Assembly: GCA_964247055.1 (NCBI GenBank)
Contig: OZ176051.1
Span: forward strand, 13,702,001 to 13,766,000
Reading direction: 5' to 3'
DNA length: 64,000 nucleotides
Origin: Paragordius varius
Taxonomy: Eukaryota > Animalia > Nematomorpha
Positions within the stretch are counted from its first letter, which is position 1, and each line of letters opens with the position of its first letter. Of this stretch, positions 13,145-26,193 are shown one piece after another. Made by a program: the position numbers and the translations under genes. The notes beneath the pieces are model-generated. The model saw only the letters and a program-made list of their open reading frames with translations, did not search any database and was not told the DNA's origin.

Positions 13145-16100
13145 TATGGAATCAATTCCAATTAAATTATAATTAATAACAACAAAACACATAGTGAAAC
13201 ACTAGACATATACTATGTTTTCAGATGACATATATAAATTAAGTAAAGTGTCAATAATTGAGTTTAAAACAGCGGTGTCTGACAGAAATAGTTTTATCGC
13301 CGCTAAGCCTTTATAAATATTTTGTTGGATTGCAAATATAACAAAAAAATTGCGAAGAATATAAATAATATTTAATTTTCTCAATTTTTGAAAGTCAGTT
13401 GCTAAAAGTTGGAAAGATTTTTAAGGTAATTTGTTAATATATCAATTTTATTTTGCAAAGTCATTTCGCAACAAGTTATGGAATTTTGGTTTTATTTAGC
13501 AAGTATTAAATTTTAGGCAAGCCGCTTGTTAGACACCCCTGATATAAAAGGTTATTAAATACATACACAAAGCTTGCACCAAAGGCAACGCCAATCCTGG
13601 AATCTTAAAACGCTTCCACAGTTTTTCGCACAAACCGCACATTTGGAATGAACTGGCAAATTACCTTCTAACCATTGGTGTGGCATAACTAAAGCCTAAA
13701 ATCATTAAAAGCGAGGTCTATTTAAACGTAATAAATAAATTGAATGCTATAATAACTTTAAAGTATTTAATTTATCTAACCACGTTTAACTTAACTTGTT
13801 TAAAAAGTAAAAATGCAAAGTTAGAATCTCTATCGAATATAAGTTTTAATTTCTAATACACTAAAACTTTGAAACACATATTATAATACTTGAAAATATT
13901 AGTCGTAACTGTATTTGGAGAAAAATTATTCATTTGATTTTTTGAATTTTATTCCTTTAAAAAACCAAAGATATGATGTCGTTTGAAAAATATGGAAGTA
14001 GGATCTCCTAATATTTCAATAATTTATAATACCTATTACTATACATATGACCATAATAAAGCCTGTTTTCGAAACTATTTTGTCATTTTTGAGGATACCA
14101 TAAATAATACAGAGTTTATAAGAAAAACAATTTAGTAATAGTTTTAAATAAATACATAAAAATATTGTAATAATTTTTTAATATTTAAACGTTTTCATCA
14201 TCTTCCATTATGTTGTTTCGCATAGAAGAAAGCGTAGTCCATTTACAATTGTTGAGTGCTTTTAGGACACATCTCCGGTGACATTTAAATTTACATACTA
14301 GAGTAAAATAATATAATATAAGGATATTCAGAATGTAATATATAAAGTGCTTTTCCATTTTATCATAATCTTGTAATGAAAAATAAAAAATGTGTGTTTT
14401 ATTTTGTTTTTTATAGTTTCTAATCTATATATTTATAAAAATGGAAAATGCTGGCTTTATCTGGTACCGGAAAACCGGTAGATCCATTCAAATCCAAACA
14501 TCGAAAAAATATAATCATTAATGAATGCCCTGACAATAGCTTCGCCCTTTTTTTGAAATAGGACCCCAGTTCGGGCCCACCCCGTGTGAGAAGTCCACAA
14601 AAATCGTGTCTTTGAGACAATTTTCTGGAAAACGTGTTGGATCATTTAAATTAAAATAAGATTTTTGTTTACTTATTTTCGATTGCGCCGAACATAGTCG
14701 TCTCGCTTTTTTAATTTAGGCCCTCTTTTTAGCCGCTCCCCCCGTAAAATGACATTTATTTCAAAAAAAAACAAAGTCCACAAAGATAATTTTTTAAATC
14801 TATTTTTCCCCCAAGTAAACAATAAATTAGTATGAATGCACCGTTTTAAAATTCCTATGAGATCACAGTTATTAAAGAATGTTTCGAAATAATCCACATA
14901 TGTGGATCATTTTATTGTCCCTTTTTTCAAAAACCCCCCCAGAAGTCCGAAGGACTTCCTCGGGCTGCGTAGTAGCACCAGACTTACGCTAGTATACCAT
15001 AAAAATGTTTTATGAGTATGGGGGAACTATACAGGATTTTTGTCCGGCCCTTAATAATTTTTAGTCAAAACATCCGTTATTTAAATTATTTTTACACAAA
15101 TATATTTATGATGGATTAAAAATAGAAATAATGAGGATTTAAATCAGTTTTTAATACTGAAATGATTAATTTATTTTTGCGTTTATTATCACCAAAAGTT
15201 TCAGATAATCAACTATAAATCAATAATTATTTTTTTATTATATATATATAAATTATTAATAAACATTGATTAAAATGCAAAATGGACACCAATGCCTTTT
15301 TTAACTAAAAAAAAGTTGATGATTAAAATTTATATTTTATATTGAGTAAATTGATGTGTTAGTGTGTCCTCTGATTAGAATTTAATTCCCTCGACAGCTA
15401 AAATAATTTTTATTCACTATTAAGCCAAAAAAAACAATTTTCGTAGAAAGAATTGAAACATTGTTACCACTTTTATGTTATATGGTGGTATATTTATTTT
15501 AAATTGGTGACATCTTTATTAACATCAATAATAATGATAGTTATTATGATTTATCTAAAATTTATGATAACATAATAACCAAAGCTTAAGTTTAAAATTT
15601 TATGAAAAACATGTTTGTCTCATTTTAGGCAAAACCAAAATAAGTTTAACATATATTGGCGAATATAGTGTGTCTACTATGTCAAATAAGACAAATAACT
15701 TTTACCTGTTCAAAGAATTCATATTTAATCAAAAAAAACGTGTGAAAAAATCATTTATGCATGTATACTTTCACAAGTAAGACCCTGAAAAGTAACTCCA
15801 GTAAGTGCTTCACGACATACATTACAATATGTCGGTCTTCCGTGCGAACTATGTATCCAATTGTGTTGGCTCATTAGGTTTAAGTTATGGACCGTTTTCT
15901 AAATCATACATTATTATTATTAAAATAGATTTAGATTAAACTATATGATGATAGAAGGCTATGGAAGACGTAGTATGTAAATATAATTTAATTTCTTACA
16001 TCACTAAGATGAATAGGATGTTTGGGGTAATGAATAATTTTGAAGGCCTCTATCCATGATTCCATCGTTTTTCGATTCTCTGCAGCGACCACAAAATATT

Positions 16101-18728
16101 TTGAAACGGTTATGACCTGTACCAATTTTTAAAAAACAATATATGTGTAGAAATTTAGAGATCGTTGTGTTCAATAACATTTCTAAAGGATGAAAAAATG
16201 TTGATTATGGAAAATACAGGCATATCTACTTTCCTATATAGTTTAATTAAATAAACAGTGCTTGAGCAAGATGTTGGTTAAAACAAACAATAATTTACGT
16301 GTATTTTCTTAATCAATAAATGACAAAATGAAGTTGACAGATAGATTTTCAATTGCTTTCAAAGAAGTGGACATAATGTTGAAATATAAATAAACCGGAA
16401 CGTACTTTTTCTTTTATAATACATAGAGATATATTGCATATGATACTTTTATAGAGCAAACCTAATACTTGAAAAAGATATTTAATAATAATAGTGAAAC
16501 GTTACCATAAAACTATTGTTCATATTGCGGGTACTCATTTCTGCAGCATCTACACACTTGTATATCTCAATTTCATCTATTATCGGTCCCTAAAAAAGAA
16601 TTGTAAATAATATAATATGATTTTAATAATGTAAGGAAACGCGTTTGTCCATTTTGTTTAATTACAATTAAAAAGAAATATTATTGGTTATAAAAGCCTT
16701 TGAATATGTGAAAACATTTTAAAGTTAAAAATATTTTTATTTCAGTAGGATCAAATAAATAACAGTTTCTTTCAATGTGCTTTAATTATCATAATATGCG
16801 TTTGAACATTTTTAAAAACAAGGTACCCTTTTTCATATATTTTGTGCACATATAAAATTTTAGAGTGCGATTCGGCTTTATCTTTAACAAAATTCAAATT
16901 TAAAAGCTAAACATATGTTCAAGATTTGATTACAATTCTATTCGTATATACTATTTTCCTTTGTGAGACATTATACTTTTTGGGACGAATTAGTTGAGTT
17001 AACTCCTTATTTTGCCTATTTTCATAAAAAATTTTTTATGACTTTCATCGCATAAACAAACCCGTTTAAATATACTGCCGAATTCATTTCATAACCTAAT
17101 TTTTAAATTTATTTTTTAAAGCATGGCTTAAGAAAAAAAGTTTCAGTTTCGTATTCGTTATAATGTCTGCGTGTGCGGAGAGAAAAAAATGGTATCATGC
17201 TAGTGTATCAATTCATAACTTGCGGGGTAATTCTACACCAGAACAAGAAATTATAGCTTGAATTGTATTAACCCATATTTAAATTTTTTTTGGTATTTAG
17301 AGAATGCATCGAATTGGAAAAATTAATATATCCTGATAGAAGTATATATTAAGATTATCAATTATGAATTTGGAACTTATGAGCCACATAAAAGTCATTT
17401 TCGCTATTTTGGTAATAGCTCCTATCGAAAAATCGCAATATGCGAAATATTTTTTAGCGGATAGCATTCCCAATTTTTATAAATATAGTCTATATGATTT
17501 TTTGTATATAGACTCCGCTAATAGACTATTCTTAAAAAAATACTGGCCTTTGCAAGATTGTGCGGCAAGTTTTGGATATAGATAGCACAAAAATATCCTG
17601 ATGAAATATATATTATATTTCTGATAGAAAATGTATTAGGCGCATCATGTTGCTATACTATAATATGAGTAAGTTATTAACATTTTTGGGGTAGTTGCTC
17701 GATATCACAAATCGTAAAATTAGCACACATTACATCAAATAAATAAAAATCTCTTGGTAAAAGCTAATATATAAGGGAAAACGATATTTATATATAACAA
17801 AAAAATAAACTCAGGCTTAAAAGGTAGCAGATTTTTGGACCTTTCCACCTTAGTTTTCTTCTATTAAAGCTTTCAAACTATAATATAAGAAAGATTTTTT
17901 GAAAAAATATAAAAATTAATTTGGAAAGTTTTGTTAAATTTATGGTATATTGAGCCAACATGGAAACGTTAAACTGTTTTAGAATTTTAAAAACTTTTTA
18001 TAGATTATTTGTGAATATTTATTTCTAAATATTAAAATTTAAAAATAAATTTTGTTTTTAACAAAATTTTACCCTAATCTTCTAAGGTGATGGAAATATT
18101 CAGCATCATTAAATTATATAATTAAGTGTTTTCCAATATTTTAATACATTTTATACCGTTTCTGCCAACGCTTTAACAAAATTAGCCAAAAGAGAAATGG
18201 ATTTTTTCGAAACATTTTATATGTGATGTCATAATCTACCATATACAAAATGTAAATATTGTTTTCGCGCAATATCAGCTTATTTATTTTAAACAAACTA
18301 AACTATTTAGAGGGGTCCAAAAAATTGAGACTTTAGAATCCTAAGTCTATTTTGCAAATATTATTTTAAAATATTGTTTATAATATAATTAATTGTATTG
18401 TGGAATGAACCATTAAACTTATGCCGATAGATATTTATTTCATATAATGTGCGGTAATTTTGTGATTTTTCGATATTTAGGAATCATCGTAAAAATGCAA
18501 ATATGTTTTTTATATCACTCATAGGACCAAAACTAGATGCGCTATGAGAATACAAATATATTTATCTCTCAATATAGCTTATTTCATCGGATGCTTACTA
18601 GATATGCGAGTATGACATTAAAAACATTAATTTTTTTTAAAAAAAAACATATATTGCTTTAAGCTTTAAACTTTGACTTTGTGAATTTTATTGAAGTGTC
18701 TATTGAATTATTTTGAAAATGATATACC

Positions 18729-18771
<43 letters not shown>

Positions 18772-21700
18772 AATCTCGGGCTGCTACCCGGGGGATTAGA
18801 AAAAAGGTATCAACAAAATTGTGATCCATATATGTGGATTATTTCGAAATCTAATAGTTATGATCTCATATGACTATCAAAACGGTGCTTCATAGATTTT
18901 CAAAACTGGGCATTCATACTAATATATTGTTTACTTGTGTGAAGGACCCAAATTGACGGCTAACCGAAAAAACAATACTATAATTTTTACTTTTTATGGG
19001 TATTATTTAAAGCCTTTATTAAACTCGTATGGCTTCCTATTTCTCTCCAAAATCACGCCATTTTGGTACGTCTCAATTTTAAACCGGTAGACCCCTACCC
19101 ATATACCTATATGGAAAAAGCCCTGAGTTAAACTCTTTGCCTTTATAGGGCAAATATTTGTAACATCTTTGATACCATCGTCTCGTAGGTTATTCGAAAA
19201 AATACCTCAACACTAAATAATTATATGATGGCATATTTTTAGGGCATAAAGGTATCGGCTAATAAAAAACGCCTGACCTTATTCACCTATTACGGGTAAT
19301 ATTTCAAGCTTTTAATGAGCTCGTATGGCTTCATAAATTTTCTCTAAACTATCTCCAAAATAACGCAACTATATAGTGGCGCAGTTTTTGACGGGGAGCT
19401 CCTTACCCAGGTGCAGGTATAAAAAAAACGTTGGGCAAAATGCCTTTATGGAGAATATCTGGAATTATTATGGATTCCATATGTTCCTATATGTTCTTGG
19501 GAATATTATTTCAAAACTAAAAAATTGTTCTATGGCGGCGCATTTTTCAGGGCCTAAAACTTCACTTAGCGACTCATTTAACCCCTATATTAAAATATTT
19601 GTTTTTTAAGGGATAATAAATATTTTAGGCCCTTATTGAATTCATAAAGTCTCATTGGTTTTCTGAAATTTGGCTCCAAAGGCCTGCTGTATCGAAATGG
19701 AGACGCATTGGGGCGAAACAAAAAAAACTTTTGATTAGATTTTGGCCTTAATTTGGGCAATAGATGATTAATTCTATATGCTCTCGTGGGATCGAAAAAT
19801 TCCCTCAAAACCAAAAAGTCATTCTATGGTGACGCATTTTTCAGGGCAAGGGCCTAATTAAGCGGTAATTTAATAAAACCGCTCTACTTATTTTACCTTT
19901 TTACGAATAATATTTCAAGCCCTTATTGAACTTATATGGCCTGATAAGTTTTTTAAAATTTGCATCCAAAGTCACGCTGTATCGATATGGTGGCGCAGTT
20001 GTAGGCGGGTACCCTACCCAGAGGCATATACAAAAAAAGCTCTTGATAATATTTTTTCCTTTAATTCGGGTAATACCTGGAATCATGATTGATTTCATAT
20101 GCTCTCATTAGTTTTTAAAAAGATTGCCTCAAAACTAAAAAATCATTCTATGGTGGCACATTTTTCAGGACGTGAAGGGCCTAATTAACAATTTTAAAAA
20201 ACCGCACGATCAATTTTGCCATGTTACGGATAATATTTTAAACATCTATTAAACTCATATGGCCTGATAGGTCTGTAATTCAGCCCCAAAGATACCCTAT
20301 TTTGATATGACGGGGCTGTTTTTAGCGGGTATCTTCTTACCCAGCAGACAATATAAAAAAACGCACGATTAAAATTTTTGCCTTTTAACAGGAAATACCT
20401 GGAATTCTTATTAAATTTTTACGGTCTCATATGGGCGAAAAATAGATTCAAAAAATTATTTTTGTGGACTTACTTTTTTTTAAAAAATGGCATTTTACAG
20501 GGGGGGTGGGTAAAGAGGGCCTAAATTAAAAAAGCGAGCCGACTATGTTTGGCGCAATCAAAAAAATAAAAATATTTGAAATCGAATGGTCCAACACGTT
20601 TTCCGGAAACTTGTCTCAAAGACACGATTTTTGTGGACTTCTGTTTTAAAAAAAACCCATTTTTTACTCGGGGGGGGGGGGGGGCGAACTGGGACCCTAA
20701 TTTAAAAAAAAGGCGAGCTATTGTTGGGGCATTCATTAATGATTATTTTTTTCGACATTTGGAATAAATGGGTCTACCGGTTTTCCAGAAACAGTCACAA
20801 AGCCACATTCTCCATTTTTATAATATATAGATTATAAAACACATATTGTTGATTGAGGATACTGAATATTTTTTTTATCCTAGATTTTGATTAAAAGGTT
20901 CGCATTTTTAGGTATTTTCGAAGTTCATTTAGATTTAACTTATTGAAAATGAACGAATCATGTTATCAATCTGAAGGTTAGAAATGTTCAACATCTTCGA
21001 CTAAATAAAAAAAGATGGTTTAATAGTATATCATGAAAATATTTTATCTTTTTCGTCAATGTAAAAAACTTTGCTAAAAATTAAATACATTTTTATAACT
21101 AAAATATTTTGGTTAATTTATAAAGCACAGCAATTTATATTGAGTTTCAATTTTTCAATAAGTTTCTAGCTTTGAAACCCCTCTATATTCAACTATTTTT
21201 CTTCAACCGAGGGAAGAATGGCGAGATTGGGCAATAATATTTTTTCCTAGTAAATAATATTGTTTGAATCGAAAGCAATTTGTTCTAAAAAATTGTGCGT
21301 TAACTTACGAATTTTCGATATGGAGTAATTAACACAATTAAATCTTTATTATAAATAATTAATATGGCCAAAAGCCAAAATTATAATGAGAATCTTGATA
21401 ACTATTTTTTACCCCTAAATTTTATGCAACTTGCAATAATATGAGATTCGGAATGGAATAATATTCTTATTTTTCCAAAGAAAGATTGCGTTCTCGTAAA
21501 AACAGTTTTATAAAATTGGAATGTTAATATATAAATTATATTCACAAACACATATTTCTAATACTATTATATATATTATAAATTATTTATATATTTATTT
21601 TTTAATATATTTTGAAGGCAGTATCCGAATTACAAAGTCACACCTAAATCAACTTATATTATAAAGGGCCAAGTAGTAATATTAAAATTTTTATACAAAT

Positions 21701-24700
21701 AATTAAACTCTTTTAGTAACGAGATAAATTGGCTGACCTAATAAAAAATCGATAGTTTATTTATTAAGTTTAAAAATTAATAGATGTTTAAGTTTTTGAT
21801 GTTTTCTACTTTCAATTAATTATTTAATGACCGCTATGAAAATATTACCGCCATAAAAGCAAAAATTTTATAAATATCGTTCCTATCCAAAAAGATATAT
21901 TGCAGATAATTTTTAATTGTTGTTGAATTTATTCGGGGTATAGATTTCTTTGAAAAAATGTTCCAGTTTAATTATTCACATTTAAAAATATTTATGCTAT
22001 CCGTAGATTTAAAAAAAGGATAATTATTGCTACAAAACTTGAAACAAATAATTTATTACGTAAATAAATTTCTTTAGAAACGGCGTCAATTAGTAATGAA
22101 ACGCCTTTTATAAAAAATATTAGGGTAACACCTATATGATTAGATACATATTTTCCAATTTTTCTTTTTCTTTAACACGTGTACAACACATTCATTTCAG
22201 TCCTCCGATTCGAATTGGGGTCTTTCGGAACCCTAGGTCTGTTTAAAAAGTATTTCTAAACAAAATTGCAAGAGTTTGCACTTATATAACATTGAACCAA
22301 AATATAAAAAAGATTCTTTAAAAACTTGATATTAATTATTTTATAGATACTTAAGGTAAAGATTTAGTCTACATAACATGTATGCATTAGCCAAATATAT
22401 AAATAATGCAAAATAAAAATCTTTTTTATTTTTGTCAATCCATTTGATTCAAGTAAAAAATTGGCTTTAATTTTTGCGTTAGAATCAAATATACACGATT
22501 TTTGCTAAAATGTTGTAAAATGAAAATGGCGCCAATTTGATATGAATTTTTTATAAAACTAATTTTAGATATTTTGGCTTATATTAATTTTTATTAGGTA
22601 TAGGCAAAAATTTAAATTGGAACTGTTTCTTTTAGTAGTTTTATAAAAATATCATTTATAATGTGGGTCACTAAATACCCCAATTCGAATCGATTTGTTA
22701 CAAATGAATCATAACTTCTTTCAAATTTTTAATTTACAGTATGAGTAAGTATACATTGCTAGAAAATTATTAATAATTGCCAAATAGCATATACAACAAA
22801 GGGCAATATTATTGGCATATAATAATTTTTTCACTTTTTAGTATTTAGCCAAATAATAATTCTCTTTGCTGCATATGCTATTTGGCAATAATTAATAACT
22901 TTCTAGCAATTTATACTTACTCATACTGTATATACACACACTTGTGTATTAATAATATGAATAGGTCAGCCTAAATGTCACATGCTAAACGGCCATATTA
23001 GATTAAATATTACTTCAGAAAACTAACAAAAAAGGTTAGGGACTGTATGTTTGTGAAACTTTTTAAATGCTTATTATTTTAAATAAAAATTTAGTTTGCT
23101 TTTATAGTATTAAAAAAAGTGGTTAAGTTTGGTTGGAACAATGTTGAAGAGTATTAAGTTGTAGATAATAAATATTTCATATACATTGTTGGTTTTCCTT
23201 GCTAATATTTGAGAACTGACACGCCTGTGACCAAAGAATTTGAGCAAAAAAGCATTAACAAGTTTTAATTGTAAAAAATTTAAATCTTGACACAAGCTAA
23301 ATAAAATCCAAAAGATAATAAAATGCAGTTAAATATTATTAAAAACTATAGTATGACACTTTGTTGACGCTCAGGATATTTAGTTTATATTAAGCAGTTC
23401 GCATTATTCCAACGATAAGCAAATTAGTTAGGCATAACATCCTCTAAAAACATACTTTTTCCCAATATAATCCAATATACCGTGAATGGCATTTTAAAAA
23501 TTGCGCGATCCAGATTTCACGTATTTTGAGCCAAAGTGTTGATTTTACATTAAAAAGCTTAAATTTGAATAAATTGCCATAGTTAATTTTTGAACTCCAA
23601 ACCTTCCATCAAAAATAACTCCATCACAAATTACATATTGGTTTAATATATAGTTTAGCAAAAGAGGCTTGAAAAATTGTCTGTTTGGACTTGGGTTTCG
23701 TCACACAGCATCATCAATTTAGATACGTTTTTAAATTTTTTTGACATTTATCATATATATACATACATATATTGTGTCGCAACAAATTATCGCACACATA
23801 CAAAATTAATTATATATTTCATTTTATTATAAAATATTTATGAACGTGAAAAAGCACTCTACATAAAACAGTGGTGTCGAAAAAAGGAATAATTTAAGTT
23901 AATAAGCGACCTTGGCATTTAATGAGGTAAATTAACCATTTGTTTAACTTACTAGGTGTCTGTCTCAAATATCTATGTATGAGAAAACAGTCTTGATAGC
24001 GTTTTAAACTTATTTAATAATATTTATATTTAATTTTAAGTTTTTTACGGTATAACTTATCAGATTTTATTTTATACAGAACTGGGGGAGGGGGGAATTA
24101 CTCAAACAACCAGTCCCAATTTTAAAATTAAAAAGGTATAACCAGGTTTTGTAATTAGTATGACACATTTTAACGAAAAAAATGAATAATTAAAGTTGTT
24201 AGCTTGCTTTGGTTTAATCCTAAAAGTTGTAATTTGTAATTAGTGTTAATCCTAGCAAACAAAACTATCCCTTAAAAGTGTTGTGCATAATTTGTGTGCA
24301 AATAGGAAAAGTTTAAAATTGTGTTTGTATCAAAAATTAATTAATTTTTAAGCCTCAAAGCGCACAGCTAGCAATGAATGTAACTTTGCGCGGTAGTATA
24401 TTATGATAATAAATATAAATTAATATATTTTTTCACAAGTTTTTAGCAGTACTAAATTTTGAGGGAGTAAGAACCGGCCAGAAACGTACGAAATCTTGCA
24501 GTTTATTGTTAAAATTTAATTAATTTAAAATTATATAATATGAATATTATGTAATAAATCGTTTACACAACTCTTGTCTCTGTTTTACTCTTAGAGAACA
24601 TTGATTAGAGATATACAAAATGTGGTTAATTTAATTAAATGGTAAAATCAAAATTTTGACACAAATTTCAAAAGTCCTTCAAACATGATATTAACATATG

Positions 24701-26193
24701 GAATTGGTTAAAATTTAGAAATATCTATATTATTTAATTTAATTTACCTTTTCATCCTTCAGGCAATACAATTTGCGATTTGTCAATTTGAAATAACGTT
24801 TTTGCCAACGCTAAATATGTAAAAATACGTACTGTAAAAATCCAAATTATACAACATAAAAATATAAAGACAAATATTTTTATTTAAAAGATAACCATAC
24901 TTTTTAAACCCTTAATTTTACTCATTTAAGCTATTTAGTTACAATTGTAAAATATAGAAATGATTGTGTTAGTAATATATATCTCTATTTTAGACTTGGC
25001 CATTTAAAACAATGAGCTACATTGAAATAAATTAAAATTTAAAAAGTAAGGTTGTCTTTTGAAAAAAATATTTGTCTTTAAATTTTTTTGTCCGTACAAT
25101 TTTTATTGTGTGTTACACCACATTTTCTATTACTAAACTGCGTAGATAAGGATGTAATCAATTTTGTTTTTTTGTCAGATGAGGTTTTTCGATATACATT
25201 CGATAAAAGTATAATTTAGACTTAATAACTCTACCTTTTATGACAACAAGAGCTAGTCTAATATAAAGGACATTCACAATAAAATGGAAAGTATTTCAAA
25301 CAATTTTTTATTGCCTTTATGGGTCCTACATTGGCTTTCCCCACATACTTAACACTTTATTTGGGATACCTTTGAATAATTTTCAAGATATATTTAGGCA
25401 TGTACTATTACAAATGATTACAAGATAACCCTTTGTCATATTTATAGGCATAAATTATATCTTAACTGTATCAATAATAAGAGTAGTTTACTTTTTTAAT
25501 TTTCGCACTACTTCTTGATTAAAGTCGTGTTTTGTATAGTTTACCTTACAGATAAGTTGTGAATTACTACTATTTTAAAAGTAAAACATTTACTTAAATT
25601 TCTTAACCTAATTTTGGATTTCATCACAAAAACATTAAGCACACACGCTACGCTTTTATTAATTTATCACATAAAAATTAAATATCAATTTTGAGACAAT
25701 AATTGTCAAAATCTTAAATAATTTAAGTGGGGAAAGCAAGAAATCCGAAGAAAATTACTTAAAATATTAAGATTTCGTTTGGTCTTGGGGCGCCAATTAG
25801 ACCTATAAAACAAATGGCCCTTATTTTGATTATCTAATTTTTTTCTAATCCACTATATCTACTAATTAGTTTTTTATATTAATTTCAATTATATTTTTTC
25901 TAACCCTTTGCGGGGTACAAAATATTCTTTGTACTTAGTAATATTTACATTTATGTATTTTCACAGCAAGAGGTAATTCAATATGCAAAAATTTTTATGG
26001 TTTCTTATCATTCCAATCTTTTAACTACAAATACAATACGTTGTGAATTTAAGACCCTCGTATATTACATTTTAGTTAGTTCAAAGTAAGAAAATTTTTT
26101 TACGTGAAATGATTTAGTCGATTGTCTATGCAAGTAACCTTCTTTGATGGTGTTAGAGCCGTTGATAGAATAACTCTTATTCAATAATACCAT
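997..26193 (-). CDS. DGKH: Type II diacylglycerol kinase (eta/delta-like), multi-exon, 3' end beyond left window edge
   Basis: Hand-spliced phase-consistent exons (minus strand, high to low): 26193-26104 ([21 protein letters not shown]), 24810-24748 ([21 protein letters not shown]), 16589-16506, 16116-16000 (PH end, [15 protein letters not shown]), 15898-15769 (C1a [19 protein letters not shown]), 14297-14191 ([17 protein letters not shown]), 13695-13567 (C1b [26 protein letters not shown]), 12943-12738, 12568-12346 ([15 protein letters not shown]), 11838-11756 ([15 protein letters not shown]), 11587-11479 ([15 protein letters not shown]), 11387-11248 ([16 protein letters not shown]), 10998-10391 (RWSIMVYE..), 10064-9961, 9875-9455, 9192-9073, 8884-8735, 8188-8093, 1372-1282, 1149-997. 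Motifs match vertebrate DGKH/DGKD from memory; the symbol is family-level, not proven orthology. Exons after 10391 are supported only by open frame and splice phase. The start codon could lie further upstream. Confidence 0.93.
1422..4363 (+). mobile_element. Decayed hAT transposon (Charlie/GTF2IRD2-like), in a DGK intron
   Basis: Left subterminal cggcctgcgggccgcatgcggccc; right end ggtgagtactactg. The fragmented ORF from about 2466 reads [27 protein letters not shown] and ends with a dimerisation-like [19 protein letters not shown] segment. No clean TSD. Confidence 0.8.
1640..2200. repeat. ~500-bp inverted-repeat element nested in hAT copy 1
   Basis: cttcgattcaaattggg at about 1641 and cccaatttgaatcgaag at about 2142; a related copy lies at about 22165-22695. 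Confidence 0.7.
5500..7187 (-). mobile_element. Non-autonomous Helitron, long subfamily, 3'-truncated
   Basis: 5' A|TC at 7187; colinear with 19016-20831, including the ~300-bp units (about 5499, 5812, 6284, 6607). No CTAG end was found and the left boundary is approximate. Confidence 0.82.
10214..10281. repeat. Interrupted (AT)n microsatellite
   Basis: Two AT runs separated by gtattg. Confidence 0.95.
11248..12568 (-). CDS. DGKH: DGK catalytic (DAGKc) subdomain exons
   Basis: Four exons encode [45 protein letters not shown], including the GGDG ATP-binding motif and GTGND. Confidence 0.96.
11865..12295. mobile_element. hAT MITE in the DGK GC-AG intron
   Basis: Ends TAGGGGTATCCAAC...AAGACATCCCTG; imperfect 8-bp TSD tattaaat/tattaatg. 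Confidence 0.7.
13100..13140. repeat. (AT)n microsatellite
   Basis: Direct sequence. Confidence 0.95.
13200..13532. mobile_element. Partial hAT MITE related to 11865-12295, opposite orientation
   Basis: Right end ttagacacccctg; internal gctaagc..ttgttggattgc is the reverse complement of the other copy's gcttagcggaccgcaatcaaaaa. Left end not defined. Confidence 0.45.
13567..15898 (-). CDS. DGKH: DGK tandem C1 domains (three exons)
   Basis: His/Cys pattern H-x12-C-x2-C...C-x2-C-x4-H-x2-C-x7-C is seen across exons 15898-15769 and 14297-14191. A second C1 spans 13695-13567 and the start of 12943-12738. Confidence 0.95.
14424..14992 (+). mobile_element. Non-autonomous Helitron, complete short copy (569 bp), in a DGK intron
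   Basis: A|TCTATATATTTATAAAAATGG 5' end; 3' hairpins GAAGTCC-GAA-GGACTTC and GCTGC-GTA-GTAGC, then CTAG|T; inserted between A and T with no TSD. Confidence 0.9.
17580..18605. repeat. Diverged ~1-kb foldback element (family B) in DGK intron 2
   Basis: Left atcctgatgaaata..aaatcgtaaaattagcacacattac versus reverse complement of the right arm catccgatgaaata..aaatcacaaaattaccgcacattat. Confidence 0.55.
18731..18768. repeat. (TA)n microsatellite at a Helitron 3' end
   Basis: Direct sequence. Confidence 0.95.
18766..20831 (-). mobile_element. Non-autonomous Helitron, long subfamily with ~300-bp internal tandem array
   Basis: 5' A|TC at 20831; degenerate 3' end (..gcagcccgagatttac) abutting a (TA)n tract; repeat units start at about 19016, 19312, 19631, 19922 and 20247. 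Confidence 0.85.
22165..22695. repeat. Second copy of the ~500-bp inverted-repeat element
   Basis: tacaacacattcatttcagtcctccgattcgaattgggg ... ccccaattcgaatcga. Confidence 0.65.
22737..22928. mobile_element. Tc1/mariner-type MITE (192 bp), ~80-bp TIRs, TA TSD
   Basis: TA|CAGTATGAGTAAGTATA..GCCAAATAGCATAT..GGC / GCC..ATATGCTATTTGGC..TATACTTACTCATACTG|TA. Confidence 0.88.

Noticed and set aside
18150-18172. Minus-strand look-alike of DGK exon 2 (RWQKRY after an AG)
   Set aside because: It hits a stop four codons later (RWQKRYKMY*) and lies within a family-B repeat. The full exon at 24810-24748 fits the PH domain and both splice phases.
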